Source: Methanomassiliicoccaceae archaeon (GTDB lineage: Archaea > Thermoplasmatota > Thermoplasmata > Methanomassiliicoccales > Methanomassiliicoccaceae). From it: a stretch of DNA of 64,000 bases. The position numbers were made by a program, and so were the translations under genes. The notes beneath the pieces are model-generated. The model did not search any database, was not told where the DNA came from, and saw only the letters and a program-made list of their open reading frames with translations. The stretch spans positions 160,001-224,000 of the forward strand of contig CAVSJV010000002.1 in assembly GCA_963728405.1 (NCBI GenBank), given 5' to 3'. Positions 1 through 10,396 of this stretch are shown in pieces; the first letter of the stretch is position 1; every line of letters starts with the position of its first letter.

Positions 1-116
1 CTAGTCGAGAGCATTCCCTCCACCGCTCGGTCCCTCATTACGTCTTTGATGATGTCATGACGGATACAGCGGCGCTCTTCCAGCAACATGGGGAGGATGG
101 CCTCAGCCGTTTTCAC
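1..116 (-). CDS. 5' end of a gene running off the window edge, coupled to otsA (possibly trehalose-6-phosphate phosphatase)
   Basis: GTG at 116 opens MKTAEAILPMLLEERRCIRHDIIKDVMRD.. with no stop before the edge; overlaps the otsA stop. Product guessed from context only. Confidence 0.35.
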   Translation of the reverse strand, partial: MKTAEAILPMLLEERRCIRHDIIKDVMRDRAVEGMLST

Positions 117-1546
117 TCTTATCGAGCGGGAGGTTCACTGCATCCACTCCCCACTCTTTCAGGAAAGTGTTCAGCCACCAGAAGATGTCGTGCTCCTTGA
201 CCGTAGCTCGAAGGGCCTGGATATGCCTCAGCTTTTCCTCAGGGGTCATGGTCAAGGCCTTGAGGATGGCTCCAGCGGTCATATCCACGTCGTAGGGGTT
301 GACAATGAGGGCTTCCTTCATCTCCTCGCTGGCTCCGGCGAACTCACTGAGGATCAGGACCCCCTGATCATTGACCGTGACGTACTCCTTTGCTACCAGG
401 TTCATGCCGTCGACCACAGGGGTGATCATGGCCACGTCCGCGATCTTAAACAAAACCAGTAGCTCATCCCCCGGAATGTGTCGATTCATGTAGATTATGG
501 GCGTCCAGTGGGGGAGCTGAAACCGGCCGTTCACTCGCCCTACAGTCTCCTCGATCTGCCGTTTCATGTCCCGATACTCGGTGATGATCGAGCGGGTCGG
601 CGAGGCCACCTGGACGAAGGAGATCTTTCCCTGATACTTGGGATTGCTCTCCAGGAACCTTTCGAATGCGAGGAACCTGTTCAGTATCCCCTTGGTATAG
701 TCCAGGCGGTCCACTCCCAGCAGTATGTTCTCGATGCCCATCTTGCGCTTGAGCCGGACCGCTCTCTTTTTTATGGTCTCCGCCTCGCTCTGCGTGCGAT
801 AGCTCTGGTAATCGATACCGATGGGGAACGTTTTTGACATTAGTGACGTGGCCGTCCAGCTCGACGGCCGAGTCGGTGATCGTAGCCTCCGGAAATTCCT
901 TCCTGATGGAGTTGAGAAAATTATTCGAATAGGTGGTGGTGTGGAAGCCCAATAGATCGGCGCCCAGCAGCCCCTTCATGAGCTCCTTGCGCCAAGGTAT
1001 GCAAGAGAACGTTTCCACGGATGGGAAGGGAATGTGCCAGAACAGGGCGATGTTGGCGTGCGGTATCTGCTCTCGAACTTTGGCGGGAACGAGACAATAA
1101 TGGACGTCCTGGATCCACAGATTGTCGCCATCGTTCATCTCCTCGACCGCAGCCGCCGCGAATTTATCATTGACCTTCTTGTAGGTCTCCCAGTAATCGC
1201 GATTGAACTGGGCATTCTCCTGGAACATGTGGCACACCGGCCAGATGATCCTGTTACAAAAGCCATAATAGTAGTCGGCCACCTCCTTGGTCGACAACCA
1301 GACCCGTCTCAGAGTGTATCTGGGGCATTCTGGGGGGACCATGATCCTTCCGGCCTGGTCGCTCACCTCCATATCTGCGCTCCCGCTCCCCCAGGCGATC
1401 CAGGTCCCCTGGGTGGCCTGCATCACTGGGTCCAAGGCTGTCACCAGTCCACCGGTCGGCACCTTGCATCGTATCCCTCTCTTGCCCCTTTCGTGAATAT
1501 AGGGCTCTCTATTCGACATTAAAATGATCTTCGATCCGTTCTTCAT
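103..1546 (-). CDS. otsA: Trehalose-6-phosphate synthase (GT20), one frameshift near 830
   Basis: N-part: SNREP, GGLVTAL, YYGFCNRIIWP, FWHIPFP, LLGADLLGFH. C-part (103..840): GVDRLDYTKG, DGMNLVAKEY, LILSEFAGA, VNPYD. Confidence 0.92.
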
Positions 1547-1704
1547 CCAGACCTGGATTCAATAGAAACCCACTGGTATTTAACATCAAAGCTGAATAGT
1601 AAAATAATATAATCATCCAAATATGGTATTACGTGGGCTGATTATCTCTAATGATACCTAGTTGCCAACATTTCTTAAAAAGGCCAGGGGTAGGAGCGGG
1701 GCCG

Positions 1705-2247
1705 ATGATCGCACTGACCCACCTGGTCCTGGCCTTGTTGCTAATAAGGGTATTCGGTCTGGACCGCAACGCCGCGTTCGCCACCCTTTTATTCGGGGTG
1801 TTCATCGATCTCGACCATCTGTTCGGGATGGTCAACTTCTTGATGAAAGAGGGCCCGACAAATGCCCTGAACGTCGATGCTGCCTTGGCCTCAGATATTC
1901 AGTGGAAGAGCCTTCTGCACAGCCCGGAGGGCATATTGTTCGTGGCACCGGTGGTCCTGGTAACGCGGTGGACGATCCCTTTGTTGGCATGGGGACTGCA
2001 TCTGGTGATGGACTATGTTCAGATGAACTATCTGGGCATATCCTCCCCCACCGAGATCGTGCTGCTCGTCACCATGGGCATAGGGCTACTTTACCTGGAA
2101 CATCAGGACTATGTGGCCGGAACAGAAAAAGTCTCGTCCCGCGGGTTTCTGGACTGGGAGGTGGCCAAGCTCTTGAGCTTCGCGGACAGCCTGCCCTTCG
2201 TCCACTATTTCAGAAAGAAGAGAGGACCTCGAGGTACTTCCTCGTGA
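1705..2247 (+). CDS. Membrane-bound metal-dependent hydrolase (YdjM/DUF457-like)
   Basis: Hydrophobic protein with LTH, IDLDH, SLLHS and LHLVMD motifs. Confidence 0.65.
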   Translation: MIALTHLVLALLLIRVFGLDRNAAFATLLFGVFIDLDHLFGMVNFLMKEGPTNALNVDAALASDIQWKSLLHSPEGILFVAPVVLVTRWTIPLLAWGLHLVMDYVQMNYLGISSPTEIVLLVTMGIGLLYLEHQDYVAGTEKVSSRGFLDWEVAKLLSFADSLPFVHYFRKKRGPRGTSS

Positions 2248-3208
2248 AATCTCTGGTCCCCAGCCCCCCGCCCACGTCCCTGGTACGGATGCCCAGGTCA
2301 AGGGCTCGGGGGATCGAACCCTCCACCCGTTCTGCCTTGTGACCCATGCCGAGATAACGAAGCATCATTGCCGCTGAGAGAATGGCGGCCACCGGGTTCG
2401 CCCGGTCCTGCCCCGCGATATCCGGAGCTGAGCCATGGGTCGGTTCGAACAGGGCGAACCTCTCCCCCATGTTCACGGATGGAGCAAAGCCAAGTCCGCC
2501 CACCAGCGCGGCGGCCTCGTCCGATAGGATGTCACCATAAAGGTTCAAGGTCACCAGGCAGTCCAGCTTCTTCGGCTGGAGCACCAGGGCGGCCGCGGCA
2601 GCATCGACCAGCAGTTCACGTCCCTCCAGTCCGCTGTCCTTGATCCGTTCCCAGAACAATTCACGGAACAATCCGTCGGAACGGCGCAGAACATTGGACT
2701 TATGCACGCAGGTGATGCTCTTTCGCCCTTCCGTTTGGCAGAGCTCGATCCCTTTGTCTACGATGCGTTGGCAGGCCTTCCGGGTGACCTTACGTTCGGT
2801 TATGATCCCGTCCGGAAGCTCTCTTTCTACCCCGGCGTACATGCCCTCGGTGTTCTCCCTAACAATGACCACATCAAGGTCCACCAGGCCAATAGATGGA
2901 TGAAGCCGCTTCACTGGTCGGATGTTGGCATACAGGTCGAAGGTCTTCCTCAGGAAGAGAAGCGGTGAGCGGTAGCTGGGATCGTAGGTCGTTGGGGAGG
3001 TAATCGCCCCGAACAGCGCAGCATCGCTCTCGTTCAGCAGGTCGACGGTGCGCTCGGGGAGGTAAGAGCCATGCCTCTGGAAGCAGGCCAATCCCATCTC
3101 TGCCTCGGTCATTTCTAGGTCGGCGTCCACCGCTTTGAGGACCTCTACCGCCGAACTGATGACCTCGGGGCCGATGCCATCCCCCCCGATCACCGTGATC
3201 TTTTTCAT
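2210..3208 (-). CDS. Isocitrate/isopropylmalate/homoisocitrate dehydrogenase family (AksF/LeuB-like)
   Basis: GDGIGPEV, LYANIRP, IVRENTEGMY, VHKSNVL, NLYGDILSD, FEPTHGSAPDIAG. Confidence 0.9.
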   Translation of the reverse strand: MKKITVIGGDGIGPEVISSAVEVLKAVDADLEMTEAEMGLACFQRHGSYLPERTVDLLNESDAALFGAITSPTTYDPSYRSPLLFLRKTFDLYANIRPVKRLHPSIGLVDLDVVIVRENTEGMYAGVERELPDGIITERKVTRKACQRIVDKGIELCQTEGRKSITCVHKSNVLRRSDGLFRELFWERIKDSGLEGRELLVDAAAAALVLQPKKLDCLVTLNLYGDILSDEAAALVGGLGFAPSVNMGERFALFEPTHGSAPDIAGQDRANPVAAILSAAMMLRYLGMGHKAERVEGSIPRALDLGIRTRDVGGGLGTRDFTRKYLEVLSSF

Positions 3209-4147
3209 CGCTTCTCAAGCCTCTCGATGAGACTGGCCACGATGATCGGCAGGGTGATCGTCGCGTCCCCCTCCACGGTCACATGGTCGGCGGTCTCCTT
3301 GACCTTGCCCCAGGAGACCGCTTCACGGATCTGGGCCCCCGATAGCGAGCCGTCATACTCGACCGCAGTGGTCAGGTAGATAGCATGGTCCAAACCGCCC
3401 CGGAACTGGTTCCACCAGATGGTATGGTGCTTGGATATGCCCCCTCCTATCATGATGGCACCGCTCTCCTTGGCGTCGAACACCATGTCCATGAGGTCCT
3501 GCTCGTCCTGGAACAGATCCACCCGAAGTTTGCGATGTTCCTGCCAGTACATCCAAAGCTGGCTGCCGAAGGAACCATCGGTGATGCCCGGTATGAACAC
3601 CGGTATGTTGTTGCGATGGCACCAGTAGGCCATGGAGCCCTCGTCATCCAGACGGGCTCCCACCTGGTCCACCAGTTCGCGGGTAGAGATGGAATCTCGC
3701 CCCTTCAGGATATCCTTGAACATGGGCATCAACTTTCGTTCCAGGACAACACCGTAACTGGAATTTGGCACCAGCACATTGCCGAGGCGGTTCACCCCCT
3801 CGCGATGCAGCTTGGCGTCATCCATCAGGAAATCGCCGTGATAGTAGCTCTTCCACGAACGGGCCAGGTCATGGTCCATGGTGCCGCAGGTAGTGATGAT
3901 CACATCGACCAGCTTCCTTTTGACCAGCTCGACGATGACCCCCCTGGTCCCGGTAGCCATGATGCAGGCAGGGAATGATAGGAACGTCAGTACAACCGTC
4001 CTTACGGACCATCTTCTCGACGATATCCACCGCCTCAGATAGTTTCCTGCCGGTGAAGCCACCGGACTGCTTTAGCTGGACCATCAGATCGTCCACGGTC
4101 ATCTCTCCATCGATCTTGATGTCCTTGACCGGTCTCTTGGCTTTCAT
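3205..4147 (-). CDS. dys: Deoxyhypusine synthase, frameshift near 3990
   Basis: SGGFTG in the N-part; ITTCGTMDHD, NRLGNVLVP, IGGGISKH, DGSLSGA, EAVSWGK, GDATITLP in the C-part. Confidence 0.92.
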
Positions 4148-4251
4148 TTATGCGAACTCCTTTCTCGACGGTCAAATGCAACCCCCTGGACCTTAATAAA
4201 AATTGGCATGGGTGAGACGATAGGGACAGGGTACGACTGCTCATTGAGGCC

Positions 4252-4824
4252 TTATTCCCAGGCAGCCAGTATCTTGGACAACCCCTCCCGGGACCCCGCC
4301 TCCCCGTCATTGTTGTCCAGCACCGTCCATTCAGAGGATAGCATGACGACCTTGTCACGCACCTTGATCAGGTCGGCCAGGTTCTCGAACATCTCCTCCT
4401 TGTCGTCCCTCATGGCCATCCGGCGGAGAGCCGTCTCAGGGGTCACGTCGACCAGCAGCAGCCTCTTCGGGAGGGGCAGCAGCTTGGTGATGACGTCATA
4501 GCCTCTTTGAGCGTAGCGCTTGGGAAGGTACGCAGCACCCATTACGTACCTGACGAACACGATGTCATCGAACTCCCTTTTCCACTTTTTTAACCTGGAC
4601 ACGGAGATGAGGACATCCAGTATGTAGAAAAGGGTAGAAAGGGCATACATATGAAGCCCCTTGTTTTGCAGGGATCGGCGAGCGATCATCCCGGTCAGTC
4701 GGTCGGAGGGGTGCATCTGGACCAGAACTTTCTCCCCTTGGGCCTCGTAATGCTCCTTGATCCAATTGGCCACCGTGGTCTTGCCGGAGCCGTCCAGACC
4801 CTCGACCACGATCCAGCGTCGCAG
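4252..4824 (-). CDS. Thymidylate kinase-like P-loop kinase
   Basis: RWIVVEGLDGSGKTT P-loop; FVRY instead of DRY. Start uncertain (CTG 4824 or GTG 4809). Confidence 0.75.
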   Translation of the reverse strand: MRRWIVVEGLDGSGKTTVANWIKEHYEAQGEKVLVQMHPSDRLTGMIARRSLQNKGLHMYALSTLFYILDVLISVSRLKKWKREFDDIVFVRYVMGAAYLPKRYAQRGYDVITKLLPLPKRLLLVDVTPETALRRMAMRDDKEEMFENLADLIKVRDKVVMLSSEWTVLDNNDGEAGSREGLSKILAAWE

Positions 4825-4826
4825 GT

Positions 4827-5555
4827 TCAGGCCCCCGCTAGCAGCCCTTCCACCATCAGGACGAGGGCAGCGGTCGAAAAAGGGACGATGAGGTTGTCGT
4901 ATTCGCCCGGTGAGAACAGCTCCACCACGGCGACGAACACTCCCACCAGGGCAGAGACAGCGATGGCCATCGCCGTCCCGAAGTAGAAGACATTCAATGA
5001 GGGGATATACTCATTGAGGAAGGTGTAGAAAGAGATGACCGTCAAGGTCGCCAGAAATGTTCCGCAGAAGACCGCTGCGGTGCCTACGTAGCTCTTATCC
5101 TTCCAGATCTTGAGGTGACCATATTGTTTCCCGACGAGGCCGCCGACCCCGTCGCCATAGGACATGGCCACGATGGCTATGCTCGCCACCAATCGGTTGT
5201 CGAAGAGCAGAAGGGCCAGGGCGGTCCAGGAAATGGCATAGTATACCAGTCCAAGACCATGACCCTGCGATGTAGCCATCTTGAGGAAGGAATTGTCCAG
5301 TTTCCGTAGGGGGGAACTCGGGGTCACCAGAATGAGGAGGAATATGAAGGGAGCTGCCGCCAGGAAGGCCATGATGTATTGTGAATCAAAGACCCACCAG
5401 AGGAAAACGATATTGCCAACCATTATGTGAACGATCTTGCGGTAGCCACATCCCGGGTACCTCTTTTTGGCGTATACGGAAATCACGATCACGAGAGCCA
5501 CGTAAGAATAGACCAGGATCAATCCTACGATATTCCCCGTGCTTAGCATAAACAT
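4827..5555 (-). CDS. Dolichol/phytol kinase-like CTP-dependent membrane kinase
   Basis: RKIVHI, GLVYY, SYGDGVGGLVG, KSYVGT, ELFSPGEYDNLIVP; multiple TM segments. Confidence 0.8.
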   Translation of the reverse strand: MFMLSTGNIVGLILVYSYVALVIVISVYAKKRYPGCGYRKIVHIMVGNIVFLWWVFDSQYIMAFLAAAPFIFLLILVTPSSPLRKLDNSFLKMATSQGHGLGLVYYAISWTALALLLFDNRLVASIAIVAMSYGDGVGGLVGKQYGHLKIWKDKSYVGTAAVFCGTFLATLTVISFYTFLNEYIPSLNVFYFGTAMAIAVSALVGVFVAVVELFSPGEYDNLIVPFSTAALVLMVEGLLAGA

Positions 5556-5674
5556 CGCGGGGAACGCCATGCCATTAGTTATATCTTGCCTGGCATATGG
5601 CCCTCCCCCTATCACACTGGATAATTAGTCAATAAGTTTTATATTATCATCACGAAATCTAAACATGGGCTGGA

Positions 5675-6361
5675 ATGAACGAACGCGATGAGTCATTGCT
5701 GAAATATATCATGGCCTCAATAGGCGATGGCGCCTCGGGGCCGGTTTTGTTCGATGTCAATTCCACCCAGTTCGTGAGGGTGAACCTGGTCGTCCTCAAG
5801 GGCTTGCTTCTTCAAAGGGGCCTCAACGGCATGTTCATTTCGGTGGACCGACCGCACCAATATATGGTGCATCTCCTGAGGATGCACAAGATCAACTTGG
5901 AGAACCTGATGTTCATAGATGCCATCGGCCGGTTCTCCGCCGACCGTAAGGAATGCATGGCCAGTGTTGGCTATGTCGACGCTCCGTTCCATATCGACAC
6001 CTTACCGGCGGCCATCAACAACATGGGCAACAACGGCACCAAGAAGCTGAACGTCGACACCTGTGGGTTCGCCATGATCGATAATCTGGCCGCCCTGCTC
6101 CCGTACAACAGCTACACATCGGTGGAATCGTTCCTCAGAAGTTTCGTGGGGGTCATGACCTCCCGAGGCAACACCATCGTTCCGTTGGTGGTGGACAAAG
6201 AGAAGAGCGGGCTCCTATACGAAACGGCCAGGTCCATGGCCACAAAGGAGATCGATTGCCGCATTGAGAACATCCCAGCGGAGGCAGGTGGTGTTTCCCA
6301 GGCAAAGGCGACCGATGTCAGGAAGATATCAGAGTTCAGATACATGGAAGGGGGAATATAA
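5675..6361 (+). CDS. Inactive RecA/KaiC-like ATPase-fold protein (KaiC-associated)
   Basis: GMFISVDRP, FIDAI, AMIDNLAALL resemble RecA-fold strands; no Walker A; 2 nt before the KaiC gene. Confidence 0.6.
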   Translation: MNERDESLLKYIMASIGDGASGPVLFDVNSTQFVRVNLVVLKGLLLQRGLNGMFISVDRPHQYMVHLLRMHKINLENLMFIDAIGRFSADRKECMASVGYVDAPFHIDTLPAAINNMGNNGTKKLNVDTCGFAMIDNLAALLPYNSYTSVESFLRSFVGVMTSRGNTIVPLVVDKEKSGLLYETARSMATKEIDCRIENIPAEAGGVSQAKATDVRKISEFRYMEGGI

Positions 6362-6363
6362 TA

Positions 6364-7068
6364 ATGGCCATATCCAGCGCACCAAGGGGAAACGAACTTA
6401 TCAGGATCAGCTCTGGGATACCCGGGCTTGACGAGATGATCGAGGGCGGCTTTCCCTTCCCGGCGGTGATCATGGTCGCAGGGGGTGCAGGCACTGGGAA
6501 GACCACCTTTGCCCTGAAATACCTCAGCGAGGGAGCCCGCAAGGGCGAGCAAGGGCTCTATTTCACTACCCTCAGCGAACCGACCCAATGGATGCTGAGA
6601 TATGCATCTCAGTTCAACTTTATCAATCCCGACGCTTTCGGCGACAAGATCGTGTACACCGACCTGGGTTCCATGATCAGGGATATCGAGCCGGCCGAGC
6701 TCCTGAACGTCATGGAGGAGAAGATCGCCGAGGTCCTCCCTCAAAGGATCGTCATCGATCCGATATCGGTCATCGGTGGAATGATCAAGGGCAATTACCG
6801 CGCCTTCCTTTTTGATATGGCCAATCGCTTGAAGAACTGGAACGCCACCACTGTGGTCACTGGGGAGGTAAATCCCGGAGAACTTTACCCCACCGAGCTG
6901 GCCTATGCGGTCGATGGGATAGTCCTTCTTCTTATGGCCGAGGAGGAAGGAGCGCGCCGGAAGTATATCGAGGTCCTCAAGATGAGGGGCACCAATCACA
7001 TGACCGGTAAACAGTCCATCGACATCAATCGCAACGACGGCATTGTGGTCCTGAAGTCCCGCTTCTGA
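6364..7068 (+). CDS. Single-domain KaiC/RAD55-like ATPase
   Basis: SSGIPGLDEMIEGG, Walker A GGAGTGKT, Walker B IVIDP, LKMRGTNH. Confidence 0.9.
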   Translation: MAISSAPRGNELIRISSGIPGLDEMIEGGFPFPAVIMVAGGAGTGKTTFALKYLSEGARKGEQGLYFTTLSEPTQWMLRYASQFNFINPDAFGDKIVYTDLGSMIRDIEPAELLNVMEEKIAEVLPQRIVIDPISVIGGMIKGNYRAFLFDMANRLKNWNATTVVTGEVNPGELYPTELAYAVDGIVLLLMAEEEGARRKYIEVLKMRGTNHMTGKQSIDINRNDGIVVLKSRF

Positions 7069-7136
7069 TCCGGGCAGTTATGAAATAGCCTGCAGGATAT
7101 GGCGGCAGAGGTGCTCCTCTGATCGATATAGCCCTA

Positions 7137-8151
7137 ATGGCAGGCCTGGTCGTAGTGGTGGCGTTGTTCTTCGCCTTCACCAACGGCTTCCAGGACTCCA
7201 GCGCGACCGTTGCCACGATGGTGGCCAGTCGTGCTGCCAGTCCCAAGGCGGGGGTGCTGTACTCCTCGGCCTTCGGCTTTCTCGGAGCCATGCTGGGGGG
7301 CAGCGCGGTGGCCTTTACCGTGGAGGGTTTGGTCCATGTGTCATCGGATGAATTGTTCATCAACATCCTGTTCGCAGCGGTATTGAGCGCGGCGTCCTGG
7401 AACATCATCACCTGGTGGTTTGGCCTGCCTTCCTCGTCAACACATGCATTGATCGGTGGGTTGATCGGTGGGGGTATCGCCGGAGCGGGTCTGGGAAGCA
7501 TATCATGGGGCTTTGACGAGCTTCTCGCCGGTCAACTGACCGGACTGACCAAGGTGCTGATATTCCTGCTCGCATCGGTGGGCATCGGGTTCGCTGGAGG
7601 CTTCGTTATCAAGAGCGCGAGCACGATCGCGTTGCGTAATGCCAAGCGGAGCGTGAATCGATCGATCAAACGGTCCCAGTACATAACCACGGCGATACTG
7701 GCATTCTCCCATGGGGCCAATGACGCGCAGAAGCAGATGGGTATCATCGTGGTCGCGCTGCTATCGGCCGGAGTGGTGACCACCCAAGAGATCCCACTAT
7801 GGGTCCGTTTCCTTTGTGCCACGGCCATCGCCCTGGGGACCATCGGGGGAGGCTGGAAGATCATGAAGACCTTGGGGCGAAGGATCTCATCCGATAAAGC
7901 CGATAGACAGTTTGGACTCCCAGCTGACCTCATCGGGTACGATCCTGCTCTCCACCGCGGCCGGGGCGCCCATCTCCTCGACCCAGGTCGTCGCTTCCAG
8001 CATTATGGGGGCGGGTGCCGCGGAGAGGGCCAGGATGGTGCAATGGTCGGTGGGAAAGCACATGGTCATCTCATGGTTGCTGACAATTCCGGCTTCGGCG
8101 GTGCTCTCAGCGGTCGTGTTTTATATTCTCCAGGTCGTATTGAACTTCTAA
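7137..8151 (+). CDS. pit: Inorganic phosphate transporter (PiT family), frameshift near 7890
   Basis: NGFQDSS, GLPSSSTHALIGG, HGANDAQKQMG; the C-terminus (GAPISSTQ) is in ORF 7912..8151. Confidence 0.9.
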
Positions 8152-8162
8152 GGTGGATGCAT

Positions 8163-8807
8163 ATGAACGGAGGAAAGGGAGAACGGAAGGGATGGGGGTT
8201 CGGCTCAATCTTCCCGCCCAATTATGATTTCCACGCGATGCTCTTTGCCCAGGCCGACAAGACCAGAGGGGGGGTCAGGGCGCTCTCCGACTGGCTGAAG
8301 ACGAACGATCTGCGGGTACCCCCGGAAGAGCTGCAAAGGATCGAGCAGGAGGCCGACGACATGCGACATGATATGGAAAAACTCCTGCTGAATGCCTTCT
8401 CCACCCCGTTCGATCGGCAGGACATCTATTCAATATCGCGCCAGATGGATTACATTCTCAACTTCTGCCTATCCACGGCGATCGAGATGAGGGCCTTCGG
8501 GGTCCACCCGGACAAGGCCACCATAGGCATGACTACCAGCCTCCAGCAAGGGGTCGAGAAGGTCAAAGAGGCCATCGGCATCATGGCCAAAGACCCCGCC
8601 AAGGCCGACGCTATGATCAGGGACATAAGAAGGTCCGAGCGGGAGATCGAGGTGTTGTATGTTGCCAGCATCGCTGCGGTCTTCGATACCGATACACCTA
8701 TAGATGCAATGAAGAAGCGCGAAGTGTATCATCATCTCAAGGACGCCGGGCGTACGCTGAGCATTACGATCGATATCCTTCATCGCATCATCGTGGAGTT
8801 GGCATAG
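8163..8807 (+). CDS. DUF47 (PhoU-like) phosphate transport regulator
   Basis: IEQEADDMRH, AFSTPFDRQDIYSISRQMD, REVYHHL; the usual PiT partner. Confidence 0.85.
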   Translation: MNGGKGERKGWGFGSIFPPNYDFHAMLFAQADKTRGGVRALSDWLKTNDLRVPPEELQRIEQEADDMRHDMEKLLLNAFSTPFDRQDIYSISRQMDYILNFCLSTAIEMRAFGVHPDKATIGMTTSLQQGVEKVKEAIGIMAKDPAKADAMIRDIRRSEREIEVLYVASIAAVFDTDTPIDAMKKREVYHHLKDAGRTLSITIDILHRIIVELA

Positions 8808-8810
8808 TAC

Positions 8811-10265
8811 ATGTTCAACATGGTCGATCTATCGAAGAAGATGGGAAAGGACGAGCACAGGAAGCTGATGCCGAACCTCAAGGTCAGGCTGGGTGAGCTG
8901 CAACGCCAGGTCCACGAGGCGAGTCTGCCAGTGATGATCGTGTTCGAAGGGTGGGACGCCGCAAGCATGGCCTCCACTATCAATCAATTGCTCCTCCCCT
9001 TTGATCCGCGGGGTTTCTCGTATTACAATATAGGGGCCCCCGATCAGGTGGAAGAGCAGATGCCGTTCATGTGGCGGTTCTGGATGCGGACCCCCTGGAA
9101 AGGACGGATCGCCATCTTCGATCGATCATGGTACTCGCGAGCGGTGACCGAGTGCCTGGACCAGGGTAAATGTAAGGCCCCTCCCAAGGACATGATCAAA
9201 GATATTAATCGTTTTGAGAAGTTGCTTACCGACGACGGAGCGGTAATGATCAAGCTGTTCTTGCACACCAGCCACGAGGAGGACCGGAAACCGCGCTGGA
9301 AGGTCAGCGATCAGGAAGCATGTGGCCTCATCCAGGAAGACCTGGATGCCGTCAAACACTACCGTAAGCACCTCCCCTTCGTGGAGGGAATGATGGAGAA
9401 GACCGACCACCCTAATGCTCCCTGGGTCATCGTGGAGGCCGACGATCCCGAGTTTGCCGAGGTCAAGGTCATGCAGACGATCATCGATAGTCTATCCCGG
9501 TCATTGATCGCTCACGAAAAACCGAGCGAGGGAGGGCTGGGCACAACGTCCGGTCCATCGATACGCGGCAATCTGGATCTCGATGTCCGGGTGGCCGACG
9601 ATGAATATAAGGAGAGGCTGCAAAAGGACCAAGCCAAGTTGCGCGGGATCCAATGCGATCTTTATCGGAAGAAGAAACGGCTGGTGGTCGTATTTGAAGG
9701 CCGGGATGCGGCCGGGAAGGGAGGGGACATCAATCGGCTGACCCAGACCTTAAACCCCCGCACCTATGATGTCGTCCCTACCTCGGCTCCCAGCGACATG
9801 GAACTGTCGCACCATTATCTGTGGCGGTTCCACCGGAGGTTACCGCTTCCAGGCCACATAGTGATCTTCGACCGGTCCTGGTACGGCCGGGTACTGGTGG
9901 AGCGGGTCAATGAGCTGGCCCCGGAGGGGGACTGGAGAAGAGCGTTCCGAGAGATCAATGACTTTGAGAGAATGCTGGTCGAAAGTGATGCGATCGTGGT
10001 CAAGCTGTGGCTGGAAGTGGACAAGAAGACCCAGCTGCAGCGTTTCATCGAGCGGGTGGACGATCCCCACAAGGTCTGGAAGATCTCTCAGGACGACTGG
10101 GATGCCCGAGAGAAATGGGACCTCTATTCCGAAGCTATCGATGAGATGCTCCTCAGGACCTCGACCTCCTACGCTCCCTGGACCATCGTGGAATCGAACG
10201 ACAAGAACCATTCTCGTCTAAAAACTCTTAAAACGATCATAGAGGCGGCCGACAAGGGCCTCTAG
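8811..10265 (+). CDS. ppk2: Polyphosphate:AMP phosphotransferase (two-domain PPK2, class II)
   Basis: Two PPK2 domains: FEGWDAA..FDRSWY and FEGRDAAGKGG..FDRSWYGRVLVERV; both followed by APW. Confidence 0.9.
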   Translation: MFNMVDLSKKMGKDEHRKLMPNLKVRLGELQRQVHEASLPVMIVFEGWDAASMASTINQLLLPFDPRGFSYYNIGAPDQVEEQMPFMWRFWMRTPWKGRIAIFDRSWYSRAVTECLDQGKCKAPPKDMIKDINRFEKLLTDDGAVMIKLFLHTSHEEDRKPRWKVSDQEACGLIQEDLDAVKHYRKHLPFVEGMMEKTDHPNAPWVIVEADDPEFAEVKVMQTIIDSLSRSLIAHEKPSEGGLGTTSGPSIRGNLDLDVRVADDEYKERLQKDQAKLRGIQCDLYRKKKRLVVVFEGRDAAGKGGDINRLTQTLNPRTYDVVPTSAPSDMELSHHYLWRFHRRLPLPGHIVIFDRSWYGRVLVERVNELAPEGDWRRAFREINDFERMLVESDAIVVKLWLEVDKKTQLQRFIERVDDPHKVWKISQDDWDAREKWDLYSEAIDEMLLRTSTSYAPWTIVESNDKNHSRLKTLKTIIEAADKGL

Positions 10266-10396
10266 ATCATGTTCGCAAAATGATGATCGAAAATCGAAAT
10301 GGGAAATCCAGAATAATTTTTATCTAATTATAGGATGAAGAATCAATATATAGATGAACCCTAATTATGCCCCAAACCTGAAAGAGGGTTCTGATT

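Noticed and set aside
7137-8807. 556-aa ORF suggesting a PiT-DUF47 fusion
   Set aside because: Artefact of the frameshift near 7890; the true PiT C-terminus is in 7912..8151 and DUF47 has its own ATG at 8163.
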